Shown piece after piece: positions 30,552-42,483 of a stretch of 64,000 nt of DNA. Every line of letters begins with the position of its first letter. The stretch's first letter is position 1. This DNA comes from Paraspadella gotoi (lineage: Eukaryota > Animalia > Chaetognatha), in contig CM119263.1 of the NCBI GenBank assembly GCA_051294375.1, positions 19,594,304 through 19,658,303 on the forward strand. The letters run 5' to 3'. Made by a program: the position numbers and the translations under genes. The notes beneath the pieces were generated by a model that worked only from the letters and a program-made list of their open reading frames with translations, did no database searches and was not told the origin of the DNA.

Positions 30552-32422
30552 AGCTGAGATAGAAAGATGTGAGAATAAAGATGAGGAGACAATGGTGTGA
30601 GGATCTCTAAAGAGTGAAAGAAGAAAAAGAAAACATCGGAGACTGAGATTCGGAATTTTCGCGTCTCGACGATTTCCGTTTAAAAATAAAACAATCGAGA
30701 TTTGCATTGCAGAATAAACGCGTCTCTTTTCACACACAACAGACAGGGACTGGGATTCTGTACGTGTGTGAAAGGAGTGCGAAAGGAAGGAAACGAAAAG
30801 AAAAAAAGGAAAGGAAAAAAGAAAATTCAGATTTTAACGTTAAAAAAAAGATGGCGACCATCGAAAATGTAATCAAAACGAATCAAATATGCGATTCAAA
30901 TGGTCGCCGTTTTGCGGAACTGCTCCTTCGTTTCTTTGCCACATTTTGCAATTTTCTTCACAAAACTGGCTTCGCCTTTAAAAAAAAAAAGAAAAGAACG
31001 AGAATGCTGCGTTGAAAAAAAAAAGCGAGAAAGAAAGTAAAGGAAAATGATGCAAGCATAACACGTTCGCAGAAAATGAGAAGACGGAAGAAAAAAAAGG
31101 AAGACGGAGAGAAAAGAGAGGAAAAGAGAGAAAAGAATTATGAAGGAAATAAAGTCGCGAAAGAAGGAAAGAAGAAATTCGTCTGAAAAAAAGAAATAAC
31201 CAGAGAAGAAAAAAAAAAAAAAGGAAATAAAAAAGAACGACAACGCGAAAAGAAAATTAATGAGGCGAGCGGGCGGGGGGGGGGAAGGATGGGGGCGGAA
31301 GGGAGAAAGCGACGAAGAAACGAAGATAAGACAATGAGAAAATAATTAAATGATGGAACCGAAAAAGGGTTGAGGGTTTGTGGAAGAAATGGGAGAAGAC
31401 GGAGGAGGAGGATGAGGAGGAGGATTAAAAGGAGGCACAGGAGGAGGGTAACAGGCGAGGATATAAAAGGCAAAATCTATGAATGAGAATGAGAGAGAGA
31501 GGCAGAGAGAGAGAAAGAGGTCGATGACACGATATGATGCGATAAACAAAAATTAAACAGATAAAAACAGAGAAAAAACCGGGCGCGCGAGAAACAGAGA
31601 GACAGAGAGCCACAGAGGGAGAGCGAGAGATAGAAAGAGAGACGCGGAAAAGGAGAGAAAAAAAAGGGAGAGAAAGACTGAGAAGGAAGGAGGGAAAGAG
31701 ATTATGCGTGTCCATGAAACGGCGTAATAAAGACCATCAAAATGTCGTTATGGCTTTTGAAATAAATAAAAGCAAACGGGTGTCGCCATCTCAGAAATTG
31801 CGCAAATAAATCGCTGTTGACCCCTAAAATCTGACGCCACGTGACGCCCAAAATCGGCGTCGTAATTGGACGCCGCAATTCGAAGCCAAATTCGAAGGCG
31901 ATTAGTCGATGCGGATGACGACGCCCTCTGTACTGGCACAGAAACTGAGGTTGTTTCTTCAGTCGCTGATATATTTGACGAAGAGACTGGATGAACGATG
32001 GCACGATTCTTTATTCACGGTGAGGCCGATGAGGGCGGGGCAAATAGGATACTAGCGTCAGTTATAAGACGACGTCTGCAAGAGCTGGAGATTCGCACTC
32101 AGAAGAGAGAACACGAATCATCAACTCTTCGATTCCGAGATATTTTGACATTTTTGCGTCGGGTAACACTATTATTATCCCAATTATTATATTCGTTAAA
32201 GTAAAAAGAATTGACTTAGTGAGTCGATAGGATTCTTAACTAAAACCGAATCCTTCCTCCTTCCGTCCCGAACTCACCCTCCCCTTACCCTTCCTTACTC
32301 ACCGTCCCTTACCTCCGTCGTCAATCCTCACGGAGAACTGTCAGAGAAACCTTTTCGATTATTTTTTCGTCCTCACCATCTTCCACCTTTAACCCTAAAG
32401 CGCACTCGCTCTCGTTCTCTCT

Positions 32423-32569
32423 NNNNNNNNNNNNNNNNNNNNNNNNNNNNNNNNNNNNNNNNNNNNNNNNNNNNNNNNNNNNNNNNNNNNNNNNNNNNNN
32501 NNNNNNNNNNNNNNNNNNNNNNNNNNNNNNNNNNNNNNNNNNNNNNNNNNNNNNNNNNNNNNNNNNNNN
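32423..32569. other. Sized assembly gap
   Basis: Run of N. Confidence 0.99.
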
Positions 32570-33000
32570 AACGTCGGGGAGAATATCGCATTCCTCCACC
32601 CCTGGCCCCGTTGGCCTCCCGGCCCGCGACGCCCCTAACTAACACAGCCCCTTCCCTCCGGACCTCCCCACCCCAATCTTTTCTACTGGCAATACTGCCC
32701 ATCTTCACCCCTCAACCACACCCCCGGAGAGACTTTCTCCGGTGTGCCAGATTCGACCCGCGCTATCAGATCGTGACTTGAGCTCGAGCGTTGGAGAGGC
32801 GAAGCGAGGACCGTCTCTCGGTCCTTGACCGAAGGAGAGAGAGAGTTTTCTCATTCCCTAAAGGACCTGAGCGATCGTTATGAGCCAATGACGGCCATCA
32901 TTTTGGATCAGGAGGAGTCAACGGACCGAAAGGGAAGGAGCGGTGGGCATAATTGTGGGTCACGATTACCAAATGGCCGTTGGGGCGGAAAAGGGAAAAG

Positions 33001-33412
33001 ATTGACTCAAAAAATTTTCATACGTAATTTGAATTTTTTTGGGTTGTATACTAAACTTAAATCCTAACGTTAAAAGTTTACAAAAAGTGTTTTCTCTATA
33101 GCGAAAATGAGATTAATGCCAGAGTCAAAAAACAAAGTATACCAACATTTCCTCTACGAATACATCCGTCCCTTCGGTTGACCTGTTTATATTTTCCCTC
33201 TGCCATTTTCCCGCGTTCTCTTTGTCCGAAGCGGCGATATTCATCCCCTTGAGTTGACGTGTTTATTTCTCGATCCTTTGTTCGTTTCTCTTTTTTTTTT
33301 TTATTCGCGTCCCTCGCCGATCGGGTTTCCCTTTGCCTCCCCTTGTCATTCGTCTCTTCGAGGCGAATAAATCTTTTTTTAAAATCGNNNNNNNNNNNNN
33401 NNNNNNNNNNNN

Positions 33413-33447
<35 letters not shown>

Positions 33448-34140
33448 GGATGTAAACTGTCACGAGGATTTTTTTCGAGATGGCTGGTCCGCGGGTTCAC
33501 AGGCCAACGGCGCGAACGAGATAAGGAAAGCGTCGACGCTGGGATGAACAGAGCAAAAGGTGAAGGGGGGGGCGTGAGTGAAAGAGATCGCTGCTTGGTT
33601 GGCGCTTGGTTGGCGGCTTGGTAGGGCTCATACTTGGCTGAATGGAAAAAAGCCGGAAAGTAGAAGTTACAATCAATTGACTCACGATGTAAACCCCCCC
33701 CCCAATTTGCGCGGCGACACGGCGACACGGCGAGATCGCCACGGATCTTGACGCCGCCACGATTTTAAAAAAAGATTTATTCGCCTCGAAGAGACGAATG
33801 ACAAGGGGAAGGCAAAGGGAAACCCGATCGGCGAGGGACGCGAATAAAAAAAAAGAGAAACGAACAAAGGATCGAGAAATAAACACGTCACTGAAGGGGA
33901 TGAATAGTCGCCGGCTTCGGACAAAGAGAACGCGGGAAAATGGCAGAGGAAAATATAAACAGGTCAACCGATGGGACGGATGTATTCGTAGAGGAAATGT
34001 TGGTATACTTTGTTTTTGACTCTGGCATTAATCTCATTTTCGCTATAGAGAAACACTTTTTGTAAACTTTTAACGTTATGATTTAAGTTTAGTATACAAC
34101 CAAAAAAATTCAAATACGTATGAAAATTTTTTGAGTCAAT
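33001..34140. repeat. Inverted duplication: 33001-33387 is the reverse complement of 33760-34140
   Basis: attgactcaaaaaattttcatacg at 33001 matches cgtatgaaaattttttgagtcaat ending at 34140; ttttaaaatcg ending at 33387 matches cgattttaaaa at 33760. The left arm abuts the 25-N gap. Confidence 0.92.
33388..33412. other. Assembly gap, exactly 25 N
   Basis: 25 N counted. Confidence 0.99.
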
Positions 34141-35119
34141 TTTCCACGGTTCCTTTTTTACATCGATTTACTCGGCATGGAGTTGCACAAGAATGAGATT
34201 GCCGGGATACGTTTCCGGACCTTTGGGCTACACAAAAAATGGTAATCAAATTTTCCTAATGCACAGTGTTTTTTATAAATTTAATATTAAAATTAGCTAT
34301 ATAAAATCAATAAAGTAAATAAAAAAATTTTTTAAAAATGGTTTAATTTTTTAAAAAATGAAAATAATCATCCATCACCATAATCTGATGAACAATTTAC
34401 TTTCGTTTGAGTCCATAACCAGTTAATTCTATCTTAATAGTTTATTTGTAATTAATTTTCTTTTATTAAAATATATTTTAATTTTTTTTCAAAAATATAA
34501 TATTAAATTAAAAAATTATACTATGCAAATGATTGAAAGAAAAATTTTATGATTATAAGGGACTTACCTAACCTAATATAAGGCTTCAAATACATATATA
34601 GTAAGTTTATTATAATGATGTTTTTGACATAGAAAATAATAATTTATGAAAATTAAATATATGAAAAAAATTTAACTTTGAATTTTTTTTTAGCATAATA
34701 AACATAATTATTAATTAATTTGTTTCATGACTGCTTTAATACTACTGCGTCAGGTTGTATCATTCTCATTATAAATAATTTTATAAACTTTTTTTATTAG
34801 TTTAGTTAATACTGACTGCTATATTTACTTACTTTTGACAAAATCCAAAAATTACTGGTTATTAAAAATTATGTATGAAACAGACGAAACTTTTTTTTCA
34901 ATCAACATGCTATTTAATTGTTTGAACTGATTATAATATTAATCGTCTTGGACAAAATTTAAAAAAGTTTTAAACAATCCCAAGACTAGACATTTTAAGG
35001 TTGTTCAAATGGTATAAATATTTGATTATTCGGTGTATTCTAGGCTTTAGTAGGTTTTTAGATTCTTTATATTACAGTGTAGCCTGCTATGTTGTTAATA
35101 TATGCTATTTACAGGTGAA

Positions 35120-35233
35120 ATGGAAGGCGTGTCGTTCATATTATTAGTACTAGTTGTAATTCCGTTGCTGATTGCATGTTTGCGATCGTTTGTCTGGTGC
35201 CATGTTGCGCGCGACATTGCTTGGGCCATATGA
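35120..35233 (+). CDS. Candidate 37-aa transmembrane small ORF, or phase-1 terminal exon: MEGVSFILLVLVVIPLLIACLRSFVWCHVARDIAWAI
   Basis: 3' splice acceptor tatgctatttacAG (AG at 35113-35114) 5 nt before the ATG; start context gaaATGG; an 18-residue uncharged hydrophobic run followed by Arg; TGA at 35231-35233; ATTAAA at 35241-35246; non-repetitive island richer in GC than its very AT-rich flanks. No family recognised. Confidence 0.45.
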   Translation: MEGVSFILLVLVVIPLLIACLRSFVWCHVARDIAWAI

Positions 35234-37067
35234 GTATTCTATTAAAACAACTCAAAATTGATATATAAAACCCTCATTCTCTGCTCGTTCACTATCTTCT
35301 CCTCTTCGTTTCAATGCATCTCATCTCTCTCTCTTCATCGATCCGCTCTCATTACTATCATTTTTTCTTAAAGTTTTTGAAAAAATCCGTTTTTCACTTT
35401 TTCCTCTCTCTTTCTTAACTCTCTATCACTCTCTCTATTCCTTCGGAGCACTTACCAGCCCTAGAGGGGAAACACGAAGTTTCTCACCTGTTTTCTGCGT
35501 GTAGATCCACCTTATCTTGTGCCTGACTTTTTTCTTTAATTTTTACTTTGTTATATTTCGCTTATTCGTCAGTAATTCCGACATCATTGGTTAAACTAAA
35601 AAAAGGAAGTACAAAAATATATGGAAACCTCCAAGGGACGAAGAACTCATTCGTCGTCTGTAAAAGAATATGTGGAACGAAAAACAAGACGATCATGATC
35701 GAACTGACGGAAAAAGAAAAGACGACAGACGAAGAAAAGAATGAGTAGAAGACGACCAAAGACAGTATTAAACGAGCTTTATGTCTAATTGTATTATAAA
35801 ATCAAAGAATAATGAGAGGAATAAAGCCGGGTTCCGTCAACTAGACAACAATATATTGGGGAACTAAAATTGCTCAGAAAGTGACAATCAGTTAGTTACA
35901 ACAGATCGAGCACTGAGATGGCCTACTAGTTGATTCAATTAAAATGCAGAAACGACAGAAATACAAAACAGAAGAACATGGAGGAATTAAAATCTCATGA
36001 GAGAGTATAGACTGTTCTATGACTCCACCACACGACAATTTGAAAGTGGACGCCGGGAACAGATGGCGACCGACGTTTGCCAACAAAACGAACGACGACC
36101 ACCACCAACAACCACAACAACGGACGACGACGACGACGAATAGGCCGACGTTCCCCAAAGTCCGACGAAATGAAAAGAGAGAAATATCCTCTCCTATATT
36201 TTCCAATTTCAACGCCGACGTTTCCTTGGTCTTCGCGTGGATTTCTATTTTTTTTAACTTACGTTCCACTTTCTCCGCCCAGGTTTTCTTACTATAATGA
36301 ATGATAGTTATTATTAATTCTAGTTATATGTATATTATTTGCTTTTTCTCACTGTTTTTTATTTATTTTAGAGTTGTATAGTTTTACATATTGAGTACGT
36401 TGTATAAGTTTTTTATCTTGAAATGTACAGATGAGTACTCACTCGACTTGATAATTATTGTAGAATTGTGTCGCTCAGGTACCTGATCATGTCTTATAGT
36501 GTGTTTATATATTCGGAGATAATTAACTACGGAAGTGACGAGAGTAAATTTTGTCATTTCATTGAGTACAAACGATTTTTATTTTTATTTTACTCTTGAA
36601 TTAAATAGTCGAATTCTAATTCTTTAATTGTTTTTTCTCGATTGTCTTCCGTCACGACTTACTCTTTCCTTTTCTTATTCACTTTTCTTACTGATTACTA
36701 ACGAGGTGCTTCAGACATAATTAATAAAATCTATATATATCACAGACCTCGGAAATTAAATCGCCATTTTCGAAAAGTTTCTTTTAATTCTAGGTCTGAC
36801 CGTCGCGTAGTTGGCGGAGACGTCGTACAAGACTAAACCTACGGCACACATTCTTCTCTGTCGATAACTCAGAATTATTTCTTCATTTACTGGAGAAAAC
36901 ATCGAAATTGGCGTTAATTTTGATGAGCGATGACGTTTGCAGGATACAAACGTAGGTTTTTTTTTGTCGCGACAGCGTTTTTCTGCAGGCTGGCCGTCCA
37001 CTCGACGCTGTGCGTCATTTTGTCCACGGCTGCAGTTGCTGACTCGTCCTATTTTGTCTTTTGACAG

Positions 37068-37183
37068 AATTCGCCAACCGCTCAGAGCATTGGGCGTTAC
37101 GCAGGGGTGATGGTATTGTGTTGCTTTGCTTGGGATCGGCTGATCAGATAAAGATTATGCGGGATCGTCCGTTCACTCGATGA
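37068..37183 (+). CDS. Candidate exon after a strong splice acceptor; phase unknown (phase 1: FANRSEHWALRRGDGIVLLCLGSADQIKIMRDRPFTR*; phase 0: NSPTAQSIGRYAGVMVLCCFAWDRLIR*)
   Basis: Branch-point-like CTGAC at 37039-37043, pyrimidine tract tcgtcctattttgtcttttg, CAG at 37065-37067; non-repetitive balanced composition followed by an AT-rich, 3'UTR-like stretch. Confidence 0.3.
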
Positions 37184-38580
37184 TCTATCCATTCACAGGA
37201 TTGTTGGATGATAAATAATGATTATTCCCTTTATAAAGGTTGTTATATTTAAGATTATCAATACATTCACAGTCATGAAGTCTTGCTTTGTCAAATATGA
37301 TCAGCAGTTAAGTAATTTTTAAAAATTTTATATGATAAACAGCGTATAATCAAGCTTTTTCTTTGCAGTTAAAGATAATGAATGATATTTTTTTTTTACA
37401 GACAAGAAGGTAGAAGCGTCCAGACTTGTTTATATCAAGCTGAAAACATTTTTATTATTTATTATTTTTGTTATTTAAAACATTTTCAGCTACTACAAAT
37501 TTGCTTGTTTTTTAGCTTTAACTGTAAAATACAAAGCAATTATAAAGGTTAGAGAAAATTTAATGGTAATTAAAATTAATTCAGACTTTCCCCTCTTTTT
37601 TAATTACAAAGATAAAACAAAAATTTTATATGCACTTCATTGAAATTTGTAATGCCAAACTGTTACTTTTAACATCGTATTAAAATCGATAGTGCGCTTA
37701 TAGATTTATTGGAATAAATTTTAACCAAACTTTCTAGAAATGTCTCATGAGTTAGGGCTTTAGATTGATACCTTACAGCCGCAGCGACCTTGCCTAACCA
37801 GTTCAAGTCTTTTTTTTCAAAAAGATATCAAGAAATACTTTTTTTGTTATTACTTTTTTTGCATCTTGCAGTTTTTTTAACAACCTAACTTTTGGCCTTA
37901 AAAATGTGCTAGTTGGGATTGGTTTAAACTTTTTAAATTTTGTCCAAGGATAATATTATATCAGTTCAAAGAGGCAATGGTAAATAGATTGATTTAAAAA
38001 AAGTTTTCGTCTGTTTGCATACATAATTTTTAATACGCTGTAATTTTTGGATTTTGTCAAAAGTAAGTAAATAAGAGTCAGTAATTACTAGAGAGAGAGA
38101 GAGAGAGAGACACTGACAAAGACAGAGATCTAAAAGAAAAAGAGAGAGAATGCTCGCAGTCACGAACATGAGAGAGAGCAAGTGGGAAAGAGAAAAGAAA
38201 AAGGTGAGAGTTTTGGAAAGAGAAAAAGAGAGAGAGAGAGAGAGAAATATAGAGAGAGAGAGAGGGAGATAAAAAGGAAGAGAGAGCGCTAGATCTTTAT
38301 TGTATAAATAGCCCTCCTCGCCCGGAGGTGTTTACCCAAAGAGGCGATTTGGCTGATATCGATGGTGTCGTTGTTGTTTGTTTGTTTTTTTCTTTTTCGT
38401 TTCCGCTCGAATCCAACGACGACGAAGATCGAACGACATCTCACGGGGTTTTTTTACTCTAGCGTCACGTGATGACAATGTTTTTATTTTTAGTTTTTTT
38501 TATAAGGAACGTTTGTTTGTTATTTTATTGCGGACATGAAACGCCTGCCTCGTCGTGGCTGCTCGTCGTGCTCCTCGTTT

Positions 38581-38611
<31 letters not shown>

Positions 38612-39383
38612 CAACGACTGGAAATGTCGTCGTTTCGCATTAACGCTGTTGCACCGATTGTTGTACATTGTCGTCGTTGTCGTCGTCGTCGGTAATAAAC
38701 TAATTCCCATGCGGTTTTGACAGAAAAAGGGAAAAACTTTTCACGAAATTTTTCGTCCGTGAAAAAGAGCCGAAGTGAAGGGAAACACCATTCACGCCAT
38801 CTTTCGTCTTCAGACGTTGGCGGAATGGAGAATATTTCGTCTCGCGCCGTCGGCAATCTCTCTTTTTGAATTCCAGGTATCGCCAACTTCTGCATTTCGG
38901 CTCCTGACCTTCGTATCCTAGCAACCGAATCTCGCCTTTTAATTTTTTATTTCCTGTCTGAAAACATCAGAATTTCGGTAACAAGACCCAATGACCCATA
39001 TGTTTCAGCTTCTCACTATTTTCATCATGTATATCTAGATGATTAATTTTCTTTTATCGGATCGTATTTAGCGATTTTTCTATGTTATGCATTTCAGGTT
39101 GTGAGTTCCTAATTTATTCCGTCGCCTCTACCGTACCAGGATTTTCTTGACTCACGACGTCTGACTGTCAGCATCGCTATTCCGTAGTCGAGCAACGGAT
39201 TCCCAACGTTTGTCAATTTCAAAGTCCGCTGCTTCTCTACTCCCGGCCTCCGTCGCCTGGGGATCGGCGATCGAATCCCGTCATCTGGATTCAGCGCCAC
39301 GCCTCTTACCCTAGAAATTACCCGCGTCGCTGTTGCTGCGTCTTAATTTCTAGGTCTCCTCGTCATTAATAGTTTCTCCTTTT

Positions 39384-39471
<88 letters not shown>

Positions 39472-40553
39472 CCTCACTCTCCTCTCTCTCCTTCTTTTCC
39501 TCTCCTCCCGTCCGTCATTCATTTCGCGGACCCAAAATTGGAACAGGAAACCCAATTTGTTCCAATTAGTCTCTGGCGTTTGGTCCTCAACCCACCCGTC
39601 TCCCACTTACCCAAAAAAAGAGATGGAATTCGTCTTTTGGTCAAAAAAAAACTTTTTTTTTGAGAAGAGGAATGGGAAGAGGCAGGGTGGGTCTTCCTTG
39701 CTCTGGGGAGCCCCCCTGCAGGAATTATAGCAACGCCTAGAGAGAGAAAGAGAGAGAGTAGAGAGAGAAAGAGAAGCCCCAGTCTCGTCGGAGACTTTGC
39801 TTGCATATATTGCGAATTGCAATGCTGTCGTCAAGCGCGTCCCTTACGCTGATGGCGAAATCCGAGACCGGTGGCAAAGCGACGAATGGCATCTCGGGTG
39901 TCGACAACGTCCCGCCACCAGAGCGTCTTAGTGCGCCTCGCCCTCTCGCCCGACGACACGGCGGGGCTTCGCGTCGGTCGAGAGCCTTAACGGTTTACCG
40001 ACAGGTGTTGGTAATGGCCTCTGTTCGGGATGTCGAAGAAAGCAGGTGGTCGCAGGTGCGAGGATGCCGGACGCCGAAAAAAGAGGAGAGAGAAAAAAAG
40101 GGTTCGAGAATCGCGAAAAGGAAGAAAGACGAAAGATTTCGTAACTTTGAATGTTCAGATTGTTCAGATCTTTTATCTTATACAAACAGATTGGTTTAGA
40201 AAGAGACAACCAGCCGATTATTTGAAGGAACGAATCTCAATGAAGGAAGACTCAAAAATTCAGAAAGCTTTAAGATTCGCCCGAAATCCGCTGCTCCTGC
40301 CAAATGCACAGCTCCTGGAAAATGTGATCGTTTTTTCCCGGATTTGCCACTTTTGCCAACTGGTGCGATATTGGCGTCTGCCGGAATTCAAGGACTTTTT
40401 CATCGGATTTGTTTTTGATGGGGTCACTTGTAAATTCTGCGCCCCGCCCTCTCTGCCCGAAAATTAAAGAAAATTTATAGAAACCATAAAAAGATTCGAA
40501 GGAAAAAAGTCTCCTTAACTCAAAATCTCTCTCTCTCTCTCTCTCTTCTCTCA

Positions 40554-40619
<66 letters not shown>

Positions 40620-42441
40620 CTTTCTATCCTTTTCTGTCTCTATTTTTTAGAATAGTTTGAACAAAAATCGACAATTACTTCTACTTCTACTCACTTATGC
40701 TACTGTATTCAATTAGACGCAGGAGGCTTCCCGCATCAACACAAGAGGAGTTTCAATATTTTTGCATATTTCTTCCGATTTTTTTTTTACGAGAGGCAGG
40801 AACGAATCTTTGAATCATTGAATCTTTATGAATTTTTAAACGATTTTTCTTTTCGAGGATTTGAGTTCGGAGGCCTTCAGCGATTTGCATTTGAAAATCG
40901 TGAGGAACAAAACGGAAACTGATCAAAAAGGGATGATACATAGAGAAAACCTAGGAATACAACTAAACATTTACATATCAAAACAAAACTAAAACAACAT
41001 AAACCAAATATTAAAAAACAGGACACCGATGATAAAAAAAAAGTCGTAAACAGGCCACCATTAAAAATCCTTCATTGTCTTTTCGTCGAAAGGATCCGTA
41101 TGTTCCGCTTTCCCGCGTTATCAGCCTCGGCTGCGTCGTCGGCTGCGCCGCCGGTAGCGTCAGTGGTGGCGCCTTCCCTGGAGGATGACACCCATGACGA
41201 ATTCGCTCCCACCGGCGGGCGCGCGTCCGTACGTGCCCGACGGCGCGTACGTGCCAGTCCGCGTCGCCCTCTCCCTCTCAATGAGTATCTGTCTTACCCC
41301 TCACTTTTTCCTAGCCTCTCCCTTCCTTTCATCATCTTTCTCCTTCCCTTGCTGTCGGCTCCTCACTCACACAAACCTACGATCCCACACTCAACTTTGT
41401 CTACTTGTGGAAGGCGTTGCTGCACCGTTGGCGTGAGCTTGGCGTTGACATCGAGGAAAATTGGCGCAGAACTGAACTGACGCTCTACGCATACAGATTA
41501 CGGACGATGCCGGCCGACTTGGGCGTGGCAAAAGGAAAACCAAATTCGAGTAATTTTTTTTCTTTTATATTGGAATTCGACTCCCTCGTTATATTCCTCA
41601 TTGCTCTCGATCTTATCTTCATTACTGTCGATGTTAATCTGTTGTCACTGATCCTTTCGTCAATTATATATGTTTATCTTACTAAGTTGACAATTTTGTT
41701 GCTGCAATTAGCTGTTAAGCTCTGTAAAATCCTTTTGATGTAGAGTACTTGAATATTATTAAAATTAGACAAAAATAAGAAATGCCCAAACTATTTATTT
41801 TTATTTATTTTTTGCGTCTATTTTATAGTTTTCAATAACTTGATAGAGTTCGATGTATATTACAAAGTTTTAGCTAAGTACGTAAATCCAAACACAATAG
41901 TATATTTCCGGCGACGCGATTAGTCAAAATGCCGTTCTTATAGAGACGCTGGTGACTGTCTCGATAAGGTCGGCTCCGCGCACACTACGACGTTCGTCCG
42001 TCTTATAGGTTAGTATGCAGGGAGGTCGGCGGATTCACTGGAGAGACCAGTAGAGACGACGGAGGAAGCGAAGAGAACCCCCGAGAAATATTTCGCAGTG
42101 ATTCTGGGACGAAATTCGGCAGCGTCGACCTCAAACTTGTCGGCGCAACGACAAGTTTTCAGAAATATATCTTCTATGATGTTCTAAAAATCTCTTCCGA
42201 TTTAAAAAAAAGCATATATGTCTTTTAAATGGGCAGAGCTCGGGGTTGTGGGAGGGAATTCGAAGCGCGCTGTTTAAGGGCTGGAAAAAAGGGGTCTTGG
42301 GTCATTTGGACTGACTTGAAGAAACGAACGAAAATGGCGTTTAAACCGATGCTCGCACATGTGCCGTCGGGGGACATTTATCCCGGGCGGTTCGCGGTCC
42401 AAGTGCCTCGTTATTGGAATGAGGGAGATAGAGAGCGAGCG

Positions 42442-42483
<42 letters not shown>

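Noticed and set aside
35120-35233. Assignment of the 37-aa ORF to OST4 or sarcolamban
   Set aside because: Only length and a GVS-hydrophobic patch are similar; helix position and flanking residues do not match, so no gene symbol is given.
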